From assembly GCA_020536535.1 (NCBI GenBank), contig JAHLWZ010000805.1:70071-134070 (forward strand): a DNA stretch of 64,000 nucleotides. The letters are read 5' to 3'. Of the stretch, positions 45,369 through 56,845 are shown piece by piece (position 1 is the first letter of the stretch; every line of letters begins with the position of its first letter). Source of the stretch: Pelomyxa schiedti. Its lineage: Eukaryota; Protista; Evosea. Below the pieces are notes generated by a model. It saw nothing but the letters and a program-made list of their open reading frames with translations. It had not been told where the DNA came from and did not search any database. The position numbers were made by a program, and so were the translations under genes.

Positions 45369-48300
45369 CTAACACAGGCCACACGCCGCGGGAAGAACTT
45401 GATTTTTGGTGTCGAGGGTGACTTTTTCTCCAGTAGTGATGAGGGACTTCATTTTGGATATCATCTCCTTGGGAACCTCGATTCCGGGGAAGTTCCTGTG
45501 ATTTTGTTTGTGTTTCTGGTTGGGGAGACTGGGCACTTACTTGTCTGGTCTGAAGTGGACTACCAGAGTGGCAACTTGGCTGGGAGAAAGTACTCCAAAT
45601 ATGCTGCTGCTGATGGCCAAGTCCAGAATCTGAGGGTCCAGCATGAGCACACTCGCTGCTTGCTTGCAGTGTTTCAAGAAGAGCCTTGATTCAAAAGGAT
45701 TAAGAAAAGTTAGGGAAAAAGCGGGCCATGGGGGAGAAGCTGGAGGAATTGTTGCCTTTTTTGTTATTGCGCTGTGTTTTGTTGTGGTTTTTGTTTTGAG
45801 GGAGGATAGATACGCTGCTTCGCGGAATATGCTGGTTGCTGACAAGTCCTCAAGTTGGGATAGACTCAATTTGACTTGGAACCCAATATTACAAGTACCT
45901 GTGGGTGCACATTACATTAAATCGATGAATGATACTGAAGGCATACAAAGTTCAGGGTGAGTGATGATGTGATTAAATACACGTGCATTAATCCAGTAGT
46001 ACACTTGACAGAAAAATTGTATACAAATGGCCTTTGGGAGGGCCAAATTAGAGTTGTGTGCAAGTTCTGCTAATGTGGAAAAGAGTGTGGGAGCCCCCCT
46101 GAAGAGAAGTCACAATAAAGAGAGGGTTTTTTTGTGTTGGTTACTTGATAATGGAACGCCTATCCCCTTTACTAAAGAGAGCCATGTTTTGCTCAAATAT
46201 CGAAGGAATAACAAGGGGTTTCAAAACCTGGCGTGCGTTACGACGATTTTGAGATAGACCAACAAATATTAACTTTCTTCGTTTGTTTCAGGAGATGAGA
46301 GTACTGCGCGTAGAGAAGACGAGAGAATTTGTGCAGATAAGGCGGACTATTATCAGGAAGAGCCTCAGTAGGGTAAATAAAATGCACACAGTGAGATGAG
46401 CTAAGGAAGAAATTAATTCTGGTATGAAATGAGTTTCTTCTAACCTGGGTGGATTCTTTAGAGTACTGTGGATGGATTGAACGATAGTCCAAGTAACAGC
46501 GAGGGAGGACATAGATTTAATTGGAACATGATCCTCAGCGGATTTCATCCACTTAAAAACCAGTCATAACAGTAAAGCAGTAAAGGATCATACCCCTTCA
46601 ATTGCCTGGAAAATTAAACTATTCTCTTGTTGTACCTCTGAAATATCAGCCTCCTTTTGACGTCCCTCTTGCGCCTGAGCTCTCAAATCTCTATTCTGAG
46701 TTTCTAGTTCCTTAATGCGAGCGGAAGAACTTTCACTCTCTGTGTGAATTTGTTTTGAGAGAGCTTCAAGATCACTTTTCTGGGACTGAATAAGTGCCTG
46801 CTGACTTTGCAGTTCTTCCACGTGTTTTGCAGTTTTGAGTTCCATATCCTTCTGAGTGGTTTTCCAGCCCTCTCTTTCAGTCTCTAGAACCTTGTTCAGT
46901 TCATGAAGCTCCTTCTCGAGGTTCTTCACCTTTCCGTGTTCTGTTGTTGTTGTAGCTTCCGTATCGTCTTTGGCCTTCTTTAGTTCCTTCAACTCACTGC
47001 GGAGCTGGACTTCTTTGGCTTCCGCTTCCTGTCGTGTTCTGTGTAACTCCTGGATTTCCGAAGCCAGTTGTCCCTCTCTTGCTTGGAGTTGTTGGATTGC
47101 TCCGTTCAATTCGACTATTTTCTTTTCGTACTCTTTTTCCTTGAATCCCATTTCATTTGTTTGTGAAGAAACTTTTCCCAATGAAAGTTCAAGTTCTTCT
47201 GTTCTCTTCTTCATTTGATGGACTTCATTATCCGCATTTGTTTTGACAGTGCTCAACTCTTCCTCCAGTTTTGTAACTGTTTCTTCCAATCTTGAAATTT
47301 TTTTGGAGGCGTTTTCTTCCCTTTGTTCCAATTCTGCTGAATGCGAGGTTGACCGCTCGAGGTTTTTAGATACCTCCAGGCAATTATGCTTCTCGTTCTC
47401 TATGTCACGTTCCAATTGCGCAATCTTGTTTGTTGCTTCCTGCTCTTTCTGCTGGGATTGTCCCAGATTTGCGGAAGTAGTTTTGTTTTCCTCCTCTAGT
47501 TCACTAACCCGTGCCTTGAGCCGTTGAGTTTCTCTCATCATTTCTTGGGCCTGAGATTCTGCTTGTTGGGTTCCTGCTTCTATTTGTAATCTATTCACCG
47601 CTTTTTCCTCTTCTAAGGAGGCAGTGAGTTTCCTTATCTCTGCATTAAGCTGTGTAATCCTTTCCTTTGTCTCGGTAGCTGCTTGTTCCTTGGTAGCTTT
47701 TTCTTGCTTCAATTCCAACTCCAGTTCTGTGAGCCGTTGCTGAAGTTGTTGTGTCTTCTCTTTATCATGTAAAAGTTCCTCGGACTGGGTTCGGAAATTT
47801 GCTTCAAGTTTCTTCAACTGAGCTTCCAAGTCTTCCACATTGTGCTGCAATTGTTTCCCATGGTCCTTTTCTGATTTGCAGTCTTCTTCAGATTTCTTCA
47901 GCTTCCCTTCCAGCCTTTCGATTTCCTCACATCGGTGCTGTAACTCGGTCGCTTTGTGCCCCAATTCGGCTTCAATCCGTCTGTTTTCAGTGTCTTTTTG
48001 CCGAACCTCTTCCTGGTGTTGTGTCTGCTCGTCTGCCCTAGTTCTCAGAGAAGATTGATAGTCTTCTTCTGCCTTTTTTAATCTTCCATCGAGGTTTTGA
48101 TTTTCTTCAATCTTGTGCTGCAAATCTGCCTCGAGCTTTTTAATGTCAGATTCCCTTTGGTGGATCTGCAATTGCTCTTCTGACAGAGCATCTTTGGAAT
48201 GTGCAAGATCTTCTTCAAGTTTTTTTATCTTGGCTTCTGATTCCTCAATAGAGTGCCGCAATTTTTCTTTATCGTGTGTATATTCTTCCCCACTCTTTCT

Positions 48301-51300
48301 TACACGTTCCTCTGACTGCGATAGTTCTTGCTCCTTGTGCTGCAGCTCGGTAGTTTTCTGTTGTAATTCCGCTTCCAAGCGTTTAACGTCCGCCTCTCGT
48401 TGGTTTCCGTTCTCCGAAGCCCGTGAGTGTTCCTCGGTTTGTACTTTGAGCTTTTCCTGCAATTCTTCAATCGTGTGTTGCAATTTTGAACTATTTTCCT
48501 GTTCTGACTTGTACTCCTTCTCCATTGCCTTGAATCGCTCGTCGAGTTGCCCCATTTCCTCTCTTAGGTGCTCAAGCTCTGCTTTCTTGTGTGCCAGTTC
48601 ATCTTCTCTTTGGTGAATATCCCCTTCTAGACCCGTCTTTTGGGAGGACATCTGGGTGGATAATTCCTCCACTTCCTTGCGTTTAGCCTCTACGGCGGCC
48701 TCCAGTTGCTCTATTTTGATTCTGGCATTTTCTTCACTTTTCTCTTTTTCAGCTTGTATTTTGGTGATGTTTCCTTCAGCTTCAGATTGTGATTGGCTAA
48801 TTCGAGTTTTCTCCTGTGCCAGGGCTTCCTCTGTGGCTTTGTTTTTGGATATGAGGGTTTCCAATTCACCCTTCTGTTGAAGGATAGTCTTTTCAAGAGT
48901 GCCGATAGTTTCTTGGAACTGTGCACTATGAATTTTTTCCTTTTGAAATGATTCCTCTTGTTGTAAGCCATTAATCTTTTCCTTTTCGCAGAGCTCCTCC
49001 AAAGCCTTATGCTTCACAGTTAAGTCATCGAACGCTTCTTTATGCTGGGTTGCAAGGGCAGTAGCTGATGAGCAGGCAAGGTCTTTCTCAGCAAGTTGGG
49101 ACTCTAGCCCCTTCACCTGTACTTGTAATTCCTCAACCCGGCTACCAATTTCACCGGACTGGCCTTGGAGAAGAGCCCGCTTGTCTTGCTCGCTTTTGAG
49201 TTCATCTTCAAGATTTTTCACTTTTTCCTCAAAACCTCCAACTTTCAGTTGTAGTTGCTCTTTTTCTTGTGCAAGGGCTTCTGCCTCTGTTTTGGATTTT
49301 TCTGCCATGGTTTTGAATTCTTCTTGTATCTGGAGAGATTTTGCCACTTCTTTTTTGTGCTCGTCTTGCTCTGTTGTGAGTTTAAGCTCCAGGTCTGTTA
49401 CTTGTGTAGCTAGGTGTTGTTTCTCGCGTATTAGATCCTCAAGCTCATGCTGTCCCTTCTGTCCAGATTCCATGTGAGACTTGTTAACTTCTTTTTCTGC
49501 TTCCAAATCTCTTGACAATTGCTTCAGTTGTTCTGTCAATTCATTGACCTTATCATTGGCTTCCTTTTCTCGTTCTCCCGTTCTCTTCGATTCTGCCTTC
49601 TCCGTCTCGAGAGCTACTTTCGTACTCGAGAGTTCTTCTCCCATTGTCTTTGAATTTGTTTTTTCTTGTTCCAGAAGAGTATGTACTTGAGAAAGTTCTT
49701 CCACCACTTTCTTAGACTCCACTTTCTCGCCTTCAAGAGCAGATTTCAACTGTGACAATTCTTCTCCCATCCTCTTCGATTCTGCCTTCTCCGTATCGAG
49801 AGCTACTTTCGTACTCGAAAGTTCTTCTCCCATTGTCTTTGAATTTGCCTTTTCTTGTTCCAGAAGAGTATGTACTTGAGAAAGTTCTTCAACAACTTTC
49901 TTAGACTCTACTTTCTCGCCTTCAAGAACAGATTTCAACTGAGACAGTTCTTCTCCCATCCTCTTGGATTCTATCTTTTCCTGTTCAAGAGAGGCATTTG
50001 AGTGGGAGAGCTCTTCCCCTATTTTCTTAGACTCTGCCTTTGCCTCTTCCAGAGCTACCTTCAAACCTGAGAGCTCTGAATTGAGGTTTTCTATAGTTTT
50101 ATTTGCCTCTGCCTCCTTTAGAGATAGCTCCTGAGACTTTTCTTCAGCCTTCTTCAAATCACCTTCCAAACTCCCAACTTTCAATTTAAGTTCGTCGGTA
50201 GATTTATTGAGCACATCTATTTTGGAGGATGCTTCTTTCAATTCCTCTCTTGTTCTGTTGAGCTCTGCAAGGAGGTTTTCAATTCTCGTATTTGCTGCGG
50301 ACTCTTTATCTTCAGCACTCCCAGTTGCTCCTTTCAGCTGCAACTCCAGGTCACTTAGCTTTTCTTTAGCACGTCTCTCAGCTTCACAAACTCCTGCAAG
50401 TTTTGTGTTGACCTCCTCCAGTTCTGTGTTCAATTTAAGGCACTTATCGGCGGCCTCTTTCTCCTTGACTTCCAACTCAGCAGTTTTATTCTTCACGTCA
50501 CCTAGTTCAGCTTCGAGTTCAGTGATTCTGTGACTCAAGTCGTTGGATTTACTTTCCATAGAATTGGCTTTTTCCGTGATTGCGTCTTTTTCATTTTGCA
50601 ATTTGGCTTTCTCTTTGTCATGTTCCTCTAGTTGACCTTCCAATTCATGCAGTCGTTCCTCGCACCGTGTGGCGTTCTTTTGCGACTTCTCTAGTTTAGC
50701 TCTTACATCTTCTATCTCCACCTTCAATTTTTTTTCCATATCTGCAGCTGTGTTATGTGACTGCTCTAGCTGCTCCTCAAGTGTGTCAACTTTTTCTTTG
50801 AGGGCATCAGCTTTTTCTTGGAGGTCGGAGGCATGTTGGTCAGCAGATTTCTGCTGGCGCGCCTGTACGAAATTACTTCCCAGGCTTTGACCCCCACAAA
50901 CCACTTACTTCTTTATGTGCCTCGTGAAGTTCTTCTTTTAGTTTTTTAATCTTGGCCGAATCTGAGTCCCTATCAGATTTAAGCTTTGAAATAGTCTCAA
51001 CACGTTCAGAATCCTTCTTTTCTGAGGCAATCAGTAAACAAAAAGACCAATATAACCACGAAAAAAGAGAGAGAGGAGAAGAGCAAGCAAACCCAGATGT
51101 TTCAGTTCGTCTGCTAGTTCATCCCGCTCTTTTATGGCTGCTTCAAGTTTTTCTTGCAATTCCTCTAGTTCACTGTTATCACTTCATTGATGTAAGTCGA
51201 AATCGGGACGCTGGAAGGCACACATTGTGGGTGCGGAACTGGGAGTCGGAGTAGGAGTAGGAGTGGCGGGAGGGGGAGTAGAGGTTCCTACTTGCTCTTC

Positions 51301-52265
51301 TTCATCCTCAGGCTCGCCTTCCCTGAAGTGTATAAGAACTTAATGAAGAAGGGAGGTCTTTGAGAGAAGGTCTGGTGGGAGATTTACTTGGCAACACCCA
51401 TATTTGTGTCATTTATTACCACCTGGAAGTATTATGTTACGTGAAGTTAAGAACTCCGGGTAATACATTGAGGGTTATAGGAGCACCCTTAGAAGACTTG
51501 GACATTACTAGTTGTTTGTTTATTGTTCCAGGCACATCTGCAAAATCTGCAAAGTTCAATTCTGTCTCCCCAAGAGTTGAAGCCTTGATCTTGCGTTCCT
51601 TTGGGAATTGAATTAGACAAAACTAGCCAAGCTCCTCTTAATCCAGTAAGTGTGTCAAACACAGTAACATGCTCCATACAAAGATAAAACCTATAAGTAC
51701 AGAAAAGTGGCACTCAAAATAGGGGAGGTGTTTACAAATTCACTGGCTGTATGAAGATATTTTTTGTGGGATTCAATTATTTAAAGAGTGGCGTAGGATG
51801 GCATTTGGCATTTTATTTTGGCCAGACACACACCTCAGCCACAGACACGTGGAGTGACTTCTCGTTGAATTTTCCCGTAGAACTGTCGCGAAACAGCGTG
51901 ATGATGAAGTTGACCTGGTGGTTCCACTCAGCCGAGCCGCGCGTGACCGGGCACGGCACCGTGTGCGAGCGGTCCTTGAGGGCGAGGCCGCGTCGCCATT
52001 TCACGATCGCCGGGGCGCCGTCCGAAAGAGGAAGGTTCTTGGCGAGGACGAAAGTGATCGAGAACTTGTGCTTCCAGCCGACGCGACCGAGGCCGAAAAG
52101 CCCGGTCGTGGCGACCCCAGAGGTCGATGTCGACGCCGAAGTGTTCACGGTGTTGCCGATGAGGCCGCCGCTCCCGCTGGCCATTTCGAGAATCGAGGCG
52201 GTTGGGCTGGGACTGGTGTTGCCTGAGTCCCTCAGGGTGGCTGGGTTGCCTCTGTTCTTCCTCAT
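45369..52265 (-). CDS. NT-C2 (EEIG1/EHBP1-type) domain, very long coiled coil and C-terminal DIL (Dilute) domain protein
   Basis: NT-C2: KHKFSITFVLAKNL...VKWRRG...AEWNHQVNFIITLF...LGETELNFADFA. A 1438-aa heptad-rich ORF spans 46588..50904. DIL-like: LSLSQLED...LKHCKQAASVLML...LSPSQVATLVVHFRPD. Confidence 0.75.
49583..50040 (-). repeat. Coding tandem repeat: 63-nt (21-aa) units forming a 189-nt super-repeat, about 2.4 copies
   Basis: CTCTT(C/G)GATTCT recurs at 49583, 49772 and 49961 (189-nt spacing). The protein units are ESKRMGEELSQLKSVLEGEKV / ESKKVVEELSQVHTLLEQEKA / NSKTMGEELSSTKVALDTEKA. Confidence 0.9.
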
Positions 52266-52560
52266 GCTTGGTGTGGTGCGATTATGGGAAGGCTAGTTGC
52301 TGGCAGCTGGTTGTTGTACTCTCTTGGTTTTCCAATCGGTGGGTGAGGCCGAAATTACCACTCGCAGGGAACTGCTGCCTCGAGGGTTTTTTTTTTGTTT
52401 TGTTTGTTGCTTCGTTTCGCCGAAGACTGTGTTTGTCATTTCAACAAATGGTGGAAAGTAAAACAATAGAGAAATCACTTTCGTTTCTCTCTTTTTTCTT
52501 TCTTTCTTCACGCAAGAGATACAAAGTGGAATGCGGAGGCAAAGTAACAATAAACTGTGC

Positions 52561-54217
52561 TTATTCGTGATGATTGTATACAGCAAAGTCCCCAAGCAGG
52601 CCACTTCTGGCCACAGTTTCTGCCCATTCTTCAATAAGATATGCACAGCCTTGAAGGTAATTTGCAAGGTCAGATTCAGTGGCGTTTATGTCCCGGAATC
52701 CTTCTTCCACTGTATGTTGTGCATAAATCAGTCCAACCTGGCAGTAGAGCCGAGTTAGCACTCATTCTCAACCCCGGAAGATAATGTGCGCACAGCTGAC
52801 TTTGCAGCAGACAGAGGGGTCCAAAGCACATGCCAACTGCTGGGGAGGTGGTCTGCAACAAATAATGGTAGAGGGCACGTCCACTTTTCGGCGAGCACTG
52901 ACAGGGGTCGGGATGGATTGTCTGATGTCATGTCGACGACGTGGCGGCACACGCTCGTGATGCTGGACGTTAGTTCCACAATAGGTCCAAGTGAAGATGA
53001 AGTGACAATATGAGATAATTCTGAGCTATTATTTTCCAGCATAACAGTATCGCCCAAATCAGCAGCATAGCCAATGGTTTGGTGAGATAGCGTCCTGCAC
53101 CGTAATTTTCCTTTGAATGTACTCCAAAAAGGGTAAAAGAGGATAGGATTATGAATGATGTGCTCTATTGCAGAAAGCAGGGGAGCGACAACTATAGCCA
53201 TCCTCCAAAGTAGAGAGAAGATATCGATGGCAATCATGTGGTCTTCTTTATTCTCCTCCAAGATGGATCTATTCCTGCCCCATTTAGCAACAGAGTTGCC
53301 TAACAAGGTTAAATTTCCAGTAGTGTAAGCAATCTCAAAGTAGGGTAGTGCCATTAATGAAACACCATCTGAAAACGGTGACAATAGCACAGCCACAATG
53401 GCCCCAGAATATCCTACAACATTCATAGTTCCACCAGCAACCTTTCCGATTCCTCCATTTTGGTGGTTCTTAAGGGCTTCATCGGCCCTTTTCCTCATCC
53501 TTGCGGCTACATTGTTGGCAACTTCCTTCACCTCGCTTGATCCAGTGTAGTGTCCTCCACTAGGGACCTGGTTCCCCGCCACTTCAGCAGTTACAAAAGC
53601 CAAACTCGCCATTTCAAATGAATCCAGTACACACTGTAGCATGCTTTCCACACATTCTTTCCCACCAAATTTCCGCACTGACGCCTTATTCCAATAATCT
53701 GGGCTCTGCAAATCCGCCAGTACATGGAGCAGAACAGCCACCTTTGTTGCTGTAGTATCGTGACCAGTATCCGTGATTCCACAGAGAAACGTTGCCTTAA
53801 GGGATTCACGTACAGCAAAAATGTACCCCTTTGGAAAATGCTTGATTTGCAGATGCTCCAGACCTGGAAATTGTGGTGATAGGGGTTCTCCAAGCCTCAC
53901 AATCCATAATCCCTCTATCCCGCTTGTGATAGTGCAATATTAGAAAAACAAGTCCAAACACCCAAAAGAAAATATCACGAGCCAAAACAAACGCAAAAGT
54001 ATAAACCAACAGCAAAAAGCCAAGGCATATCACAGCTCAAAAAGAAAAATCAAAAACATAAACACAATCACACAAATGAAACACACAATATGAGGTCAGC
54101 AGCACATGTCAGTATTGATTCTTTCTCCTCCTTGCAAAGTATGTTGTTCATTTTATGCAATACCACTCGAGCTGGCCAGGCACCCCTCGGGATTGTGGGA
54201 GATACCGTCGATGTCAT
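52561..54217 (-). CDS. Apolipoprotein L-like membrane-active protein
   Basis: The segment KNHQNGGIGKVAGGTMNVVGYSGAIVAVLLSPFSDGVSLMAL aligns by eye with the ApoL helical hairpin (H..I..V..G...L-x-PF-x-x-G-x-SL). The first and last exons are inferred from splice signals. Confidence 0.55.
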
Positions 54218-54521
54218 GTCCTCGCTTTCCCTTTTTCAGGTTTTTTTTTTTTTTGTTGTTTGCTGCTACGAGACACAACGACCTCGACCGGCATCGCGTG
54301 TCACATCAGAATAGTTACCAGAAAATTTTTCGATATCTGAATAAAATAATCAACAGACCGGAACGCTGTCATTTTCCTTGTTGTCTCTCAGGATCGGCGG
54401 TCTGGTGTTTTTTTATTTCGCCATCTTTAGCTACGGTGAAGGGGATTTCTAGCTAAAGCAAACTTTTGGACCAAGAATTTAGATTAAAATTGTTAATGTT
54501 GGCACTAGGATGAATGCTTGG

Positions 54522-56423
54522 TTAGGTTTTCTTCTTTGCCTTGTTGCGTTCAGCACCAATCACAAGCATATCATTGGTTAGGATTGTAGACTTTCCAGAA
54601 ATGATGTCGCTTAGCTCGGCACCAAAGCCTGTTGGTGTCCCAGTGACAAAGGCTAGTGGTTCTGTTGGTGTTACTGTTGTTGTTGCGGTTGCGGTTGCTG
54701 TGGATGGCGATGGTGGGGGAATGATGGCTGAAGATGAGGATGTTGTTACGGATGTGCTTGAAGTTTTGAGGCTGTTTGTGGGTGTGGGGTAGGGTTCAGA
54801 GGGTAAATTTGGGTTTGGAGTTGGTGGAAGGGGTTCTGGAACATAATCTTCCTTACGCCACAGCTGATTGTCTTTGCCTGCACGCCATTCCCACAGTATG
54901 ACAAGCTATTTTTAGGTTAGTTTCCTTTGGATTGAATTGTGGTTGTTGTAGATGAAATTGAGATACAAAGTGGTTGGAAGAGGTAGAGAAAATACCTTGG
55001 ATCCACGGTCTAGATCCATGCATTGTGTTGGATCAGTGTCAGTACGTAGAACCCCGTCCTGTGCAGTGTTAAACGTGTTTTCAGTGTTCATATACGGGGA
55101 CATACTCCTCCGAGTTTCCAGTTCTGAGAAATGGCATATGTATTTTGAGGCATAACTATGAGCTTGCGCATTCCTTGCAAGTCTGGTGCTGGGGAAATAT
55201 CGATAGCGAACCCGGTCTTGGCATTGCATATGTTAGTACCATTCCAGCGCCACATTTGAAGCAGTCCGGACCGCTCCGCTGCAACACATAAGGGAGTGTT
55301 TGGATCCTCGCAGTTACCTTATTCAAAGAAAGAGGTAAATGAAAACGAATGTGTTAAAGTGGCCTTACCATAGGGTTGAAGAACCCCCACGCCTGTTTCG
55401 GAGACAATATAAAAGGCAGATTCATCCTTTGTGAATTACATAAAAATAGCATTGGCACAAAGGCATACAGGTGGTGTCTCTGTGAAAGGGTTGCATGTTT
55501 TGAGTAAATCAATCACTCCATGCATAGTATATTTGGATGTTACACTGTCGAAATCGTACACATTCAATGTTTGTAAAGTTCTGGAACCTGGTTTCGTAGT
55601 TACAAGGACAAAAACGGGAAGTAGGTACGCTGCTTATATTACCTTTGGCTAGATTTGACAACTGGCCTGGGTTTAGTGTAAAAGCACTACGTAAGGCTGA
55701 GCAAAACGCAGAGTAATCAATATCCAGCTTAGCAGTGCCGAATTTGGCGGACCAAAATCTAAGCGCTTCCTTGAGAGGCAGTGTAAGTACAGACTGGGGA
55801 AAAAAGGCCAAAAGGAAAGTGCCTTATCATGAATATTTGTGGCGGCATTGAAGTTTTGCCCTGCAGTGAGGCTTCTGGCTTTTACTAATAAATCCAACAA
55901 GGATTTAAGTTGGGATGTGCTCTCTGTGAGATCACCCAACACCGCTTTTGGGTTCACAAAAAACTTTTAGTGAGGTGATTTTAGTTGGAGGAAATGCTCA
56001 TTTCTATTATATACCTTACTCTTTGACTTCTTCTTGTACTTCTCTAGAATGTGTTGTGCCCCTTTCAATTCCTCAAAGATACGATTGATTAGAGGTGCAC
56101 ACTTGTCATCAATATCCTTGATAGGTTCCAAAACATTATTTATAGTTTGTACAATGTCGCCAAAGGATGCCAATTCCTAGTGCAAAATTAAAACAGCGAA
56201 CAAGAACACAAAACTGAAAACATCCTCATCAACAACAACAGTAAGTAAGGTCAATAAACTACTTTTCATTTACAGTCTCAACAGGGCAAATTAGAAAGAT
56301 AGAAATAGCAGCATAGCACACCCCGGGAATTGCTTTGTTAGCAGCCCTCCAGTCCTGTACCCACGTGTACAATTGCACACCGAGGGTTACGGCGCTGGCA
56401 AGTGTTTGGATGGCGTCGCACAT
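54522..56423 (-). CDS. MLKL-N/HeLo-like 4-helix bundle, Cbl-type EF-hand, ricin-B lectin and Pro/Thr-rich tail
   Basis: Spliced model: MCDAIQTLASAVTLGVQLYTWVQDWRAANK...LINRIFEELKGAQHILEKYKKKSKSK-FF; KEALRFWSAKFG...YSAFCSAL...VYDFDSVT; then FYIVSETGVGVLQ...QMWRW...NAKTGFAIDIS...SQNW...QCMDLD...NQLW (three QxW repeats). Confidence 0.7.
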
Positions 56424-56845
56424 GCTAAAAAGCCAACGGTATATGCGGTGCTAGTAATTATGGGTTGTCTCTCGCCCCTGGGCTGTCTGTGGACGTTTGT
56501 GGTGTGACCGAACCGAAACGGAAAAAAGTGAAAACTGATTCAAGGAACGCCCTGAATCAAAAGGAACCTTGGATTTACTGGTTTGGAACGGATATCTGAT
56601 GTTGGGACTGAGGTGGCAATGACGGAGACAACCAGCGAACTGTCGGCTGGTTTTTGTCGTGACACATGGAGACTTTTCCAGGCTGGAAAACATGCCAGAT
56701 CTGACAATGCCACCGAATTTCTTCATGCAGTGACAACGCCAGAATACCCAGAAACTCACCAGAAAAATCTCCATCACATCTCAACGAAAAGAAAAAAACA
56801 AACACAAACAGCAAGCCGCCACACAAAGCAAAAAGAGAAAAAAAA

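Noticed and set aside
56440-56725. Minus-strand GAAATTCGGTGG resembling the RNase P CR-I/P4 motif (a similar motif occurs near 45245-45258)
   Set aside because: A complementary CR-V/P4 3' strand is poor or absent, and a similar short motif also occurs in an intron near 36975, so chance is likely.
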